A DNA stretch of 64,000 nt, taken from assembly GCF_000281045.1 (NCBI RefSeq), contig NW_008246085.1, forward strand, positions 507,225 through 571,224, written 5' to 3'. The stretch comes from Saprolegnia diclina VS20. Taxonomy: Eukaryota. Shown in pieces: positions 48,901 to 60,074 of the stretch (position 1 is the stretch's first letter; every line of letters begins with the position of its first letter). A model generated the notes under the pieces. The model had not been told where the DNA came from. It saw nothing but the letters and a program-made list of their open reading frames with translations, and made no database searches. The translations under genes were made by a program, and so were the position numbers.

Positions 48901-50152
48901 TGTAGTAGTTAGTCGACTCTATATTTGCATTTTACGTCTTCGCCGATATCCAAAGTAGCACCGCCTCTGAACCATGGCGGTGCGAAGGACATGTAGCGGC
49001 AAAGCGATCCAGCGAATCCAAACCAATGCGACTCTCTCTGTGGGCTGCCATTGACCTGTCTCAGCGCTACATTCGTCGCTAGTCTTTTCTATGTATTCTC
49101 TACCGACGTTTTATATTGGGGGCGACTGCTTTCACACTCGGTCGTCTTCAGTCGGACGTCGGAAAAACGATTTGGCAACTTTAAACCATCCCTCGACTGC
49201 CGTGTCCTGCGGATGACCTGTCTCTCTGCCACATGTCCATCTAGATTTTATATGTATTTTCGCGGATTAAAAGTCGATGACCACTCGTTGCTTGGACGTC
49301 GATAGTTGCCCCGCGACAGAGCAATGTCTTCGGCCTTGCACTTGAGTCGTGTCGGCGCTGCTGCTTGCTCTCCATAGCAACAGCACCGCGTGGCTGCTCG
49401 AGGTCGACATGTCTTTTTTTGCATGAAGTTTCAATGTTTCAACTCCCATGAACGCATATTCATGACGCCTTCGCAATTAGGAGGACATGCCGTTCAACGA
49501 CATTGGCATGTGCCCGGACCTTATCATGAACCCGCACGGTTTCCCCAGTCGCATGACGGTCGGCAAGATGATCGAGCTCGTGGCCGGCAAGGCCGGCGTC
49601 CTCAGCGGCCGGCGCGCGTACGGCACGGCCTTTGGCGAAGACTATGGCAGCGCCGACAAGGTGCTCGACTGCTCGCGCGAGCTCGTCGGCCATGGCTTCA
49701 ACTACGCGGGCAAGGACTATCTGACGTCGGGCGTGACGGGCGAGCCGATTCTGTGCTACATCTTCATGGGCCCTATTTACTACCAAAAGCTCAAGCACAT
49801 GGTCATGGACAAGATGCACGCCCGCGCGCGCGGCCCCCGCGCCGTGCTCACGCGGCAGCCGACGGAAGGTCGCGCCCGCGACGGCGGTCTGCGTCTCGGC
49901 GAGATGGAGCGCGACTGTCTGATCGGCTACGGCGCGAGCATGCTCTTGCTGGAGCGGCTCATGCTGAGCTCGGACGCGTTCACGGCCAACGTGTGCCAGG
50001 GCTGCCAGATGCTGGGCTACGAAGGCTGGTGCCAGTACTGCAAGTCGGAAGAGAAGGTGGTCGAGATCCGCATCCCGTATGCGTGTAAATTATTGTTCCA
50101 GGAGCTGCAAGCGATGAACATTGCGCCCCGCCTGACCTTGCAAGAGTACTAA
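45933..50152 (+). CDS. RPC2: RNA polymerase III second-largest subunit; single 779-nt intron 48702-49480
   Basis: [90 protein letters not shown]. Confidence 0.97.
48748..48881 (+). ncRNA. Intronic box H/ACA snoRNA, copy A1
   Basis: Hairpin ccgacgt/acgtcgg, A-rich hinge, hairpin tggca/tgcca with catcc/ggatg upper stem. ACA at 48876-48878. Pocket aaac..acctgtctc is complementary to LSU rRNA. Confidence 0.8.
48941..49074 (+). ncRNA. Intronic box H/ACA snoRNA B
   Basis: Stems gccg/cggc and gcaccgcc/ggcggtgc, hinge aaagcga, stems agcg/cgct and caatg/cattg. ACA at 49069-49071. Pocket aaac..acctgtctca. Confidence 0.8.
49103..49236 (+). ncRNA. Intronic box H/ACA snoRNA, copy A2 (near-identical to A1)
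   Basis: Same two hairpins as A1, canonical H box AAACGA, ACA at 49231-49233. Confidence 0.8.
49273..49412 (+). ncRNA. Candidate fourth intronic H/ACA RNA
   Basis: gtcg/cgac closing stem and H box AGAGCA (49318-49323). Long 3' hairpin cggcctt/gaggtcg. ACA at 49407-49409. Confidence 0.55.
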
Positions 50153-50868
50153 CCACCCTCTTCTCTCATCAATGAACACCCTGTGCTATTATTACTCCTT
50201 CGCTTCTCTATCTTGCTCTGCTCTCCTTCTCCGTCGTCGTCTTCGCACAGACATGACTGCGGGGAGGCCGGTCATCCACCGTTTCATTTCGGACGTGTAT
50301 CAGTGGAAGATGGTTGCTCTTAAGCGAGATGTCCGCTTCGGGTGCTCCTAAAGCTGTCGCCAATGTTTGGCGAGACGGCATCGCTTGGTACGTACTACGG
50401 ATACTGCGGTTCCGAGCATGCCGACGCTGGCCACCGAAGAAGACGCGACGCACTTTGATCTCGTGAGCGCCGGTCCTCGACGAGCTGTATTCTCGTTTGA
50501 TGCCGGTCCGAACGGTGGCATGCCAACGTTGCACATCGTCGAGACCCTATCCCTGGCTTCAAGCACATACAAATAATGTCATTCTTTATGTTGTCAACTA
50601 GCATTTGGACGTCTCAATCAACCAATCTAACCCTTGACGCCAAAGCACCAAGGCAACCTTCCAATGTACTGCGCTCACAGCGCTTGTTGTTTGCCTACTT
50701 TCCATCAACGAGTCGATTCAAGTCGCCAACGACCGCAATGGCAGCCGACGCAAAGGCTCATGGGCAACGTCAAGGTCGACTGAACTACGATGGGAAAAGC
50801 GATCGAACGCTTCTCGACACTCTACGCTCATATTGCATCTCTTCCTCGCGACTACGATCCTCTTCAGC

Positions 50869-53351
50869 ATGCAACCTCTCTCGCAAACCAACTCGCTCGT
50901 CGTCACCGTGCTCGCGGTGGACCTCGACCAGTTTGCCGCCACGGTCGTCTCGACCAAGCTCCGTCTCGTCTGCGGCTCCCAGCGCGAGACACTCAAGTCC
51001 AAGGACGTCGCTCAATGGGGCGCCGCCGTCGAGTTTCTTCCGCCTGTCGATACCATCAGCATCAGTGTGCACATCAAAGACGCAGCTGCGTGCCTGTGCA
51101 GCGGGTACGACGTCTTTGGAACAACGTCGATTCCGCTGTCGTCGCTCAACTGCACCACCAACGGTATCGATATTAGACGCTCTCTTGTGATGCGATCATC
51201 TCTTGGCGTAGGCGAAGGCTTCTTCCCTTTTGCGCACGGCCACGGCGGCGTGCGCCTTGCGTTCGAGTGGAGCGCCGACGTCGCGCCGTGCAGCCGCGTG
51301 CATTTGCCGTGGCGGCGTCACGCGCACTGCGCCGACTGCAACGCGCCCGTGTGCAAGCACTGCAGCTTTCCGAGCGACCGCAGTGGCGTCGCCTGCCGGG
51401 CCTGCGTGGCCGCCAAGCGAACCCTCGTGCTCTCGCCCATCACCTCGGACACGACGTTCGAGACCGACTCGGACGACGTCATTGCACCGCTCTCGGTCCC
51501 AAAGCCGGCAGACGACGACCAAGTCTCGGATTTCCAAGTCGTTGGCACAATGGATTCGGTACGAACGCGCGTGATTGGCTGACGCGGAATATCGAACGCT
51601 CTTTGTAGGTGATTGTGGTGCAAAAGACGCATGGGTCGGACGCCGGGACCATGTACGCGCTGCGCCCGACGCTCAAGACGCCGGCGTCGCTGCCAGGCTT
51701 AGTCTGCGCCAAGGCCGTCGTCGAGGCCTTTGACCATCCCAATGTGCTCGCACCACTCTATCTTTTTCAGACTGCGACGACGGCGTACGAGGTCACCTCG
51801 ACGGCAGCGCGACAGCCGCTCTCGACACTCCTCGGCGGCGTCGACGAGATTGAAGGCGCACAGCTCCTCGCGCGAGTCCTCGCCGGCCTCGCGCACGTCC
51901 ATGCCCGCGGCTACGTGCACGGCGCCGTCTCTTCGACGAACGTGCTTCTCGGCCACGACGGCACGGTTGTCCTCGCTGGCTTTGAATACGTGACGCCACT
52001 CGCCAACGACGGCGCGATCGTCGACTGGCACGCGTTTGGCCTCTTGGTGTACCAGCTCTTTGTCGGCGCCGGGCCGCTCACCGAAGACACGTTTCTCACC
52101 GACGCGACGTGCCGGCAACACGGCTTGCCGCAAACCGGTCGCGACATCTGCCTTGCGTACGTTCTCGTCTTTTGGATATCTCTGTAGCTCATACTATATC
52201 TGAGTAGCTTGCTCTCGGCAACGGAGAAGAGCGTAGCGATCGACTTTATGGCGAGCGACTTCTTCTTTGGCGTCGACTGGACGAGCCTCGACACGACGCC
52301 AGTGCCACACCCAAGCGACGCGCCGCAGCTCGACGACGTCCCGACCGACGCGTTTGACCTGGCGCTGCTCCAAGCCCGCGTCTTTGCCAACGACCCAGAC
52401 GTCTGGCCGCTGCACATTCCAGCTTACGCCTACGCCCGCGCCACCACGGTCGGCGGCAGCGATTTTGACGTTCTTGGCCACATGACGACACCGACACGCG
52501 ACCAGGTCCTACCTACTACGATCGTACTTGCGAGTGCTCACCACATGTACTTGTGTAGGTGCATCTCGTGCAAAAGATGACGGGCACCGACGCGGGTGCC
52601 CACTACGCCCTGCAGTCCATCGCCAAGGCGACGGCGCAACCGCCGGCCGTGGACGTGTCGTCGTTGCGCCATGCGACCTTGGTGCCGACGTTGTACCGGT
52701 TCCAGAACCGCTCGACCGCGTTTGTCGTGACGCCGATTCTCCGCGGCCACACGCTGCGCTCGATCCAGACGACGGGACTGGACGAGCGCGAAGTCGCGTG
52801 GTACTTGGCCCAGGTGTTCCTCGGCCTCGCCTACCTCCACGAGAACGGCGTCGCGCACGGGTCTCTCTCGCTCGAGACTGTCGTCGTCACGGACAACGCC
52901 ACCGCCGTCTTCGCTCGCACCGAGTCGTTTGTGCCGCTCACTGCCGCGACGCGCAGAGCCGACCCTATCGCCTTTGGCGACCTCCTCACTAACCTCCTCA
53001 CCGACAAGACCAGCCTCTCGGACGCTGCCATCGACCTCCTCTCTGCGTACGTCCATCTTTGAATCTCCATCGATCTTCGGAGGAAAGACGCCTCATGGCA
53101 TATGTAGCTACACCAGCGGCACGACCATCGATGTGGGCCACAGTCTCTTCTTCAGCTGGATCACATGGGACCTCATGTGCTTGGACGCATTCCATTCGGA
53201 TACGTCGCGGCCGATCGGGCGCTTTCTCAGCGCTGATAACGGCCGAGCTTGCACCACCTTTGAAGACGACTTTGCTTCCCCACGCGTTCACTGGCCACGC
53301 TACGTGTACCCACCGCTGCCACCGCCAACGTCCACGACTGTTGGGTCGTAG
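50869..53351 (+). CDS. C2 + FYVE-like zinc finger + two degenerate AGC (RSK/S6K-like) pseudokinase domains
   Basis: C2-like beta region, RRHAHCADCNAPVCKHCS..CRAC. Kinase 1 VQKTHGSDAGTMYALR, HPN..YLFQT, HGAVSSTNVLL. Kinase 2 VQKMTGTDAGAHYALQ, HGSLSLETVV. FFGVDW/FFSWITW tails. Start codon uncertain. Confidence 0.65.
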
Positions 53352-53662
53352 AGCACGCTTTGTCCGAGTTATTGTACTAACTGAGTCCTTCTTGTCAACG
53401 AAACTGAGTTCTTGGTGATGCGAGTCGGCCTAGTTAGTATGTCACCGTACCCTATGCCCTTCATTTAGTCGACTGCGTGGGGCCACAGTCGCAAATGTAT
53501 GACTGATCTATGAACTGAGCAAAGATCGTTGCGCATCCGGATGCCGTACCTTCAAGTTGACGCACTCTGAGTGCGCACGCCAAATATCAAGTGGAAAGTG
53601 AGCGCGGAAATCGCGAGGCCCAAGTTCGCAGCTCGACATATCCGGACAAAACACATCTTGCG

Positions 53663-55333
53663 ATGGCGGACGAAGTGTGGGAGATCGCGCCGGGGAAGAA
53701 GCTCGGGCCGTTCAGCCTCGGTGCCACCGTCGCCGACGTCCTCTTCCTCCTCAAGGTCCGACCTCATGCAGCCTCATGGAGGTAGCCTCATGGACGCGTA
53801 GAAGCGAACGCCATGCCGGGCCATCGAGGTGCCACCGACCTGCTCCATGGCACCTTCATGTACAGGCGGCCGTGTAGATCGTCTACTGCGAGGACGCGCC
53901 GTTCGAAATGGCCATGGTTGTCGACTCGCCCGACGATGGCGTCAAGGTACGGACGCAGCGCCGCCGGCGTCGTCGTCTCATGCTTGCTTAGTTTACCTTT
54001 GACGCAATCACGCAGCTCCTCTTGGCGATCGAAGTCTACGCGGTGAACCTCGTCGCGATGCGCTACCACAGCGAAGTCGTCTTTGGAAAAGACCGGTCGC
54101 CGACCTTCCTCTCCATCTACCAGGTGGTTGCACTCAACCTCGTCGTGCTCATGATGCTTCTTGCAGCTCTTTGGGCCAACGTACCCTGGTACCTTTGACG
54201 CCACGAGCAGCGTACTGCTCTTTCTTCATAGCATCTACGGAACCTCAGCGTACGTCATGGAATATAGGTCTACGCGCTGGGCTACCCAGGCGCGAGCTTC
54301 CTCTTTCCGATTCCATCGCAGTACAAGGCGCTGTACGCGACAAAGGAGACGCTGCCAATGGAGCTGCCGGTGCGATGTCCATCAAGACTACCTAGTAGAT
54401 CGATGTCGATAGAACGGCGCGACGCCCGCTGCGATTGGCTTTTCCATCTTTTGCGGCTCGGACAGCTCGGCGCCCGAGCCACCACTGCCCCTCAAGCCGT
54501 ACCACGATCCGCGCATCAGCGATATCTACCTGTTTCTTCCTAGGTTGTACTTTGAGGAGGTCGTCGTTCGAGCCGCGGTGAACGAGCCCCCTGTGCTTCT
54601 CTTTACGAAGAGCAAGCGCACGGTCCGCCTCGGAGCTACGCCACAGGTATACGCTCCTGCACCACGAAGTCTTTGCAAGAGATGGCGAGGTAGGATGTGG
54701 CGAGCGAGTTAGGGCCGCCGTTCTCGACGTACTACAAGACGGTGCTGGAGCACGCCACGTATAAATGCACTGCATTTCGGGAGACGACTGAGGATTCTGG
54801 CGTAGCGTGACGGGCGAGTATTTTCAAAACTACCCCGACCTCGGCCTCGACCTGCTCTTTACGCCCGAACACACGGTCGCCAAAGCGATTCTACGCACCA
54901 ACGTCCCTGGGTAGTCTTGCTCGATGCATTTCTTACCTGCATCTCGGTACTCGTAGCCACTCGGAGTTCAACGCGTACGCAAAGTGCAACTTTCGCCTCG
55001 AGCAGCTCTCGACTGACCCGGCGTTCCCGACGTTGACGCCACAGACCTCGGTACTGCTTCGGGCAATGACAGCAGAGATCTGACCCCACGACAACGAGTA
55101 GTGGCCGACGATCCAAGCCGCGATGGGTACAGACGCTGTGTTTCGCCCGACCGTGCACGACAACGGGTCGGCCGCCGACCCCTTCGGCGCCTCCTTCTTG
55201 TACACGCTCTTTCCTGGCTGCGTCCTCGAGGTCTTTTGCTCTTGTCATGGGACGCTCCATAGTGTTGTCGTAGGTGCTCCAGAACGGCGCAATTGCAAGC
55301 GTGACGCTAGCGACGTCGTTCCGCCAACGCTAA
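53663..55333 (+). CDS. PHAF1: PHAF1/C16orf70 (UPF0183) family protein
   Basis: EIAPGKKLGPFSLG, LFGPTYPG, YPGASFLFPIP, YFQNYPDLGLDLLF, ILRTNVPGHSEFNAYAKCNF. Many short introns. Confidence 0.85.
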
Positions 55334-55378
55334 CCCGACGATGCGATCAAAGGGATTTATATAGGGCCACGTTAGTTT

Positions 55379-56755
55379 CTAGTTGCGGTAATGGTAGGGA
55401 TCGTCCTGCGGTGGACGGGGCGGGAATTGCTGATAGTACGGCGGCGGTGGGCCTTGCTGGTGCCACGGCCCGGGATGGTCGGGGTGCATGGGGCGCCCGG
55501 GAGGTCCCGGGAACGGCCCAGGGTGGTGATGCGGCGGCATGTTGTGTGGAGGTGGGCCTTGGTGGTGATGGTGGGGAGGACCTTGCGGGTGTTGATGGTG
55601 GTGCGGCGGGTAGCCTCCGCCCTGGGGCGGGTACCCATACCCCGGCGGCGGCTGCTCAAAATACCCGCGCGGCGGCGGCTCGAAATATCCAGGCGGTGGC
55701 GCGTGGTGGTGTTGGTGCGGAGGAAACTGCGGGTGGTGCGGGTGCGGCGGGAACTGCGGCGGGAAAAAATGGGGCCGTGGCGGTCCTTGATGGTGGGTAT
55801 GGCCCGGAGGTCCTTGGTGAGGATGGCCCGGGGGACCCCGGCCGCCGCCGTGCGGTTGCTGCGGCCGCACCTTGGGCGTAGCGTCCGGGTTGTGCTTGCG
55901 CTTGGTCGCCTTGAGCTTGCGTCGGGCCTCGGCCTCGGCCTCGTCGTCGGAGAACTCCATTTCCTCGGCGCCAACTTCCTCGTCGTACAAGTTGGAGGCG
56001 TCGGTGCCCTTGATGTTGAGCTTGGATGTCTCGACGTAGGTTGCGTGCTGCGTCGTGTAGAAGACAGCGGCTTGGAGCGCGACAGACTCGGGAATGTCCT
56101 CGGGCGTCTCGAAGCGAATGAGGTACATGGGCAGCTTGACCTGGCCAAACACCTCGTCGACGCAGCCGAGGACCACGCGGCTCTGGAGACACAAGACACT
56201 GCCTTCGTCCAAGATGGCTTGGTGCGGGTGGCCCTGGATCGTGATTGACGGACCCGCACGGTTGATGTTGAGCACGTAGCCCATGCGGTCGATGGGGCAG
56301 TCGGACGTGAGTTGCACGTCGGCCTTCTTCACAGGCACCTTCTGCACCTCGTGCACCGTCGCTACGGGGCCAGCGATCAAGCTCGTGTGCTCGTCGCGCT
56401 TGAGCGCCGCCTCGATTTCGATGCGCAGCTTGCCCGTGTCTTCGTCGTCGCTGTCGTCAGGCTCGCTGTCGTCGGCCATGCTCGCATCGTCACTGCTCGA
56501 CGAGGACGGCGACGACGGCGCCGTCTCTGCACCCGCAGCAAGCTCTGCTGCGTGCACGACCGGCGCAAGGACCGGCGCCGGTGCTGTCAACGGAGTCGGC
56601 GGGACGTCCTCCATGTCGGCGACTTCGCCGTCTTCGAGGTCCATCGCCACATCGACGGCGGCGACGGCCAGCGGCGCCAGGAGCGGCGCGATCTCCGGGT
56701 CCACGACGTCCGAGACGTCGACGCCCGCGTAGCTCGCTGCGACCAAGACGTCCAT
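55379..56755 (-). CDS. NAF1: H/ACA RNP assembly factor Naf1
   Basis: Gar1/Naf1 domain LDEGSVLC..LGCVDEVFGQV..PMY. KGTDASNLYDEEV..EFSDDE. Pro/His-rich tail. Confidence 0.92.
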   Translation of the reverse strand: MDVLVAASYAGVDVSDVVDPEIAPLLAPLAVAAVDVAMDLEDGEVADMEDVPPTPLTAPAPVLAPVVHAAELAAGAETAPSSPSSSSSDDASMADDSEPDDSDDEDTGKLRIEIEAALKRDEHTSLIAGPVATVHEVQKVPVKKADVQLTSDCPIDRMGYVLNINRAGPSITIQGHPHQAILDEGSVLCLQSRVVLGCVDEVFGQVKLPMYLIRFETPEDIPESVALQAAVFYTTQHATYVETSKLNIKGTDASNLYDEEVGAEEMEFSDDEAEAEARRKLKATKRKHNPDATPKVRPQQPHGGGRGPPGHPHQGPPGHTHHQGPPRPHFFPPQFPPHPHHPQFPPHQHHHAPPPGYFEPPPRGYFEQPPPGYGYPPQGGGYPPHHHQHPQGPPHHHHQGPPPHNMPPHHHPGPFPGPPGRPMHPDHPGPWHQQGPPPPYYQQFPPRPPQDDPYHYRN

Positions 56756-56851
56756 CAGATCTCCAATCTTATTCGATGTGGTGGTGGATCTCGGGGCTCG
56801 CAAATTTCATTGGTTTACAAACATCCGGATAATGTGGTATATCCGAAAAGA

Positions 56852-57610
56852 TTAGCTCGCATGGTCACGGCGCTGCAGCTCGCGATGGAGCTCGACGCTC
56901 TTGACAATGACAAGCTCGAGCTTCGGGCAGCCGTGCAGCACGAGCGATAGGGCGTCGACGACGGCGCCGAGGAGGCGGTTGCCGTTGATATCGATGAGGA
57001 TCTTGGAGCAGCGCGACGCGATCGCCAGCAGTTCGTTAGTCGATCGAAAGATGTCCATTTCGATGAAGTGGCACTGCGGGTGCGACACCTTGGCGACGGC
57101 GATCGAGTCGGCCGACTTGTCGATACCCGTGACGTTCTCGAAGCCGACGGTCTCCGCAATGATCTCGACGGTCGGGCCGAGGTCGCAGCCAATCTCGAGT
57201 ACGACATCGCTCGCGTCGATCTGCGTGCGCGCGAGCCGCCGGTAGTGTGACGTCTCGGCCGTGACGAGGACGCCAGTGGCCGCATTCACCCGCCGAAGGA
57301 GCTGCGGCGTCAAGCGCGACGGCAGCGCGTGGTACGTAGAGCCGTCTGCGTACGCGATCTTGACGCGGCCCGGAAACGCTGTCGGCGCCGTGTCGACCAC
57401 GCGGGCGCGGGCAAAGAGGCGGCCCGTCGACGCCCCTTGGCGCGCGCTGTCGGCCTCGCCGCCCTTGGCCTTGCCATTGCTGACCGAGACGTAGACTAGG
57501 TCGTCCGCAATGAACGAGTCGCATGTGAAGGGCGTCGGGCGCGGGTACAGCTGCATCGGGAACTGCGCTGTGAGCGCGTCGAGGGCGCCGAGGGTCGCAG
57601 CGCTCGCCAT
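56852..57610 (-). CDS. Class I SAM-dependent methyltransferase-like protein
   Basis: VLEIGCDLG, VTGIDKS, FIEMDIF, ILIDINGNR. Confidence 0.7.
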   Translation of the reverse strand: MASAATLGALDALTAQFPMQLYPRPTPFTCDSFIADDLVYVSVSNGKAKGGEADSARQGASTGRLFARARVVDTAPTAFPGRVKIAYADGSTYHALPSRLTPQLLRRVNAATGVLVTAETSHYRRLARTQIDASDVVLEIGCDLGPTVEIIAETVGFENVTGIDKSADSIAVAKVSHPQCHFIEMDIFRSTNELLAIASRCSKILIDINGNRLLGAVVDALSLVLHGCPKLELVIVKSVELHRELQRRDHAS

Positions 57611-57793
57611 GCGTCTTGTGCAAAATTGCCGTCCGTCATCCGGATACGCGACCGAAGAACGTTCCGCGGTTGGTTCCTTGGAGCGTTCCGGGATCCAACG
57701 CTGAATCCGAATCTCAATCTCAATCCAAAATCGCTCTAAGATCGTAGTCTGCTCGCAAGTACAATACATGCATTTTCACGAGGTTTCGTTGTC

Positions 57794-60074
57794 CTAGTCC
57801 TTCTTGGCGGGCGCCTTGTGGTCGTCAGCAGTCAAGCACTGGACTTGGTCGAGGAGGTAGCTCAAGTCAAAGGCCTTCTCGCGCAGGTAGTGGTAGCGGT
57901 CGCTGGCGCTAAAGTGGCCGGACGTCAAATCCATCTTGAGGAGCACGTTGTTGCTGTCCGTCTTGCGCTCACGGAGGCGCGCGACCCACTTGGTCGGCTC
58001 CCAATACGCGACGCGCGGGTCAAAGAGGCCCGACGTCACGAGCATGTTGGGGTACGCCTGCGCCTTGACGTTCTCGTACGGCGAGTAGCTGAGCATGTAC
58101 GAAAAGTACTTGGACTCGTTCGGGTTGCCCCACTCTTCCCACTCGCCCGTCGTGAGCGGAATCGTCGCGTCGCTCATCGTGTTCATCACGTCGACGAACG
58201 GGACGCCGGCAATCGCGGCCTGGAAGAGGTCCGGGCGCATGTTGAGGACGGCGCCCATGAGGAGACCGCCCGCCGACCGGCCTTCGCACGTCAGAAGCGC
58301 CGGGCGCGTCATCTCGGTCTTGACGAGGTGCTCGGCGCAGTTGACAAAGTCGGAGAACGTCTTGGCCTTGGTGAGGTACTTGGCGTCTTCGTACCACGTG
58401 CGGCCCATCTCGCCGCCGCCACGAATGTGCGCAATGACGTAGATGACGCCACGGTCGAGCAGCGGCAGCGTCGTCGCTGTGAACGTCGGGTCGATGCAGA
58501 TCTCGTACGAGCCATACCCGTACAAGTGCAACGGCTGCGGCGTCCCGGGCGTGCGCTTGTCCTTGCGGTACACGAGCGACATGGGGATCTTGGTGCCGTC
58601 CTCGGCCGCCGCCTCGATGCGCTCGCACGCGTAGAGCGACCGGTCGTAGTTGGGCACCGGGCGCTCCTTGAGCAGCGTCATCTTCTGCGTCGCAATGTCA
58701 TAGTCGTACGTTGTGTACGGCGTCGTCGGCGACGAGTACGTGAGGCGGTACGTCTTCGTGCTGTACTCCTTGTTGGGCGCGCCGCTGATCGTGTAGATCG
58801 GGTCCGAGAACACCATGCGCGTCTTGGTGAAGCTCTCGCCGTCGGGCGTGAGGATCCAGCGCTGCGTGAAGCCGTTCTGGCGGCCATGGAGCACCAGAAA
58901 CGTCTCAAAGCAGTCGACGCCATCGACCTTGACCGACGGGTCGTACGGGAAGACGTCCTTCCAGTGCGCGGCCGACGGCGTCGACACGTCTGTCATCATG
59001 AGCTTGAAGTTGACTGCGCCGTCCTTGTTGGTCTCGATAAAGAAGCTCGAGCCGTGGTGGTCGACGGCGTAGTCGACGCCCTTGACGCGCTTCTCGACGA
59101 GCGTCACGCCCTTCTCCGGCGCCTTCAAGTCGATGAACGACACCTCGGACGTCTCGCTGCTCGACGACTGCAAGAGAAGGTACCGGCCGCTGCGCGTCTT
59201 GCCCATGTACGCCGAGAAGAGCGGGTCGTTCTCCGTGTACAAGAGCTCGTCCTTGGCTGTTGCGCCCACCGTGTGGCGCCAGATCTTGTCCTGGCGGTGC
59301 GCGTCGTCCATCGTCGAGTAGTAGAGCGTCGTCGCGTCGCTGCCCCACACGAGGCCGCCCGAGACGTTCTCGATGCGGTCGGCGAGGATCTCACCCGTCC
59401 GAAGGTTCTTGACAAAGCCTTGGTACGTCTCGTAGCCGTTGAAGTCGACGCTGTACGCGAGGAACTGGTGGTCGGGGCTCACAGAGACAGCACCCACGTC
59501 GCAGTGGCTCTGGCCCTTGGCGAGCTCGTTCTCGTCCAGGATAAGCTCCTCGACAGCGTTCGGGTCGTTGCGGCCCTTGCGGCAGTGGTACGTGTAGCTG
59601 CTGCCCTTCTCGGTGCGCGTGTAGTAGAGGTAGTCGCCGTGCGGGTACGGGTACGCGGCGTCCGTCTCTTGCACGTGCGAGAGCAGCTCGTGGTACAAGT
59701 TCTCACGCGCGTTCGTCAAGTGGCTCGTCATGTGCTCCGTGTACGCGTTCTCTTGCTCGAGGTGCGCAATGACCTCCTTGTTCTTGCGCGTGTCGTCGCG
59801 GACGTAGTAGTACGGGTCCTCAATGTACAAGATCGGGTCCATCGGGTTCTCGCCGCGGTTCTCGCCCAGCACGTTGCCAAAGGGCACCATGTGCGGCTTC
59901 TTGGCCAGCACCGGCGGTGTGCGCTTCGCCTGGTCCAGCGCCGTCCTACAGTCTGGCATGAGCGCGATGATGATGCACTGCCACGTACTTGTAGAGGCCT
60001 CGGCGCGCGCGCACCGCGTACATGCCCAGCGAGAGGAGGCCCACGCCGACGCCCAAGCCCGTGCTGCGTTGCAT
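57794..60074 (-). CDS. Oligopeptidase B (S9A) with short hydrophobic N-terminal exon
   Basis: DPYYYVRDD, LYGYGSY, HIRGGGE, GRSAGG nucleophile, VPFVDV, DPRV, GHF. First exon MQRSTGLGVGVGLLSLGMY, then a short intron. Confidence 0.92.

Noticed and set aside
48748..49236. ~135-bp direct repeat as LTR, MITE, CRISPR or assembly error; ORF 49051-49305 and the VCCVFD tail of RPC2
   Set aside because: The copies differ at loop and hinge positions and have H/ACA structure. The ORFs are intron read-through.
6012..56755. Functional clustering of TERT, NAF1, H/ACA RNAs, RPC2, DGCR8, CDK8 and MED31
   Set aside because: These genes are spread over 50 kb among unrelated genes, and nothing here distinguishes the arrangement from chance.
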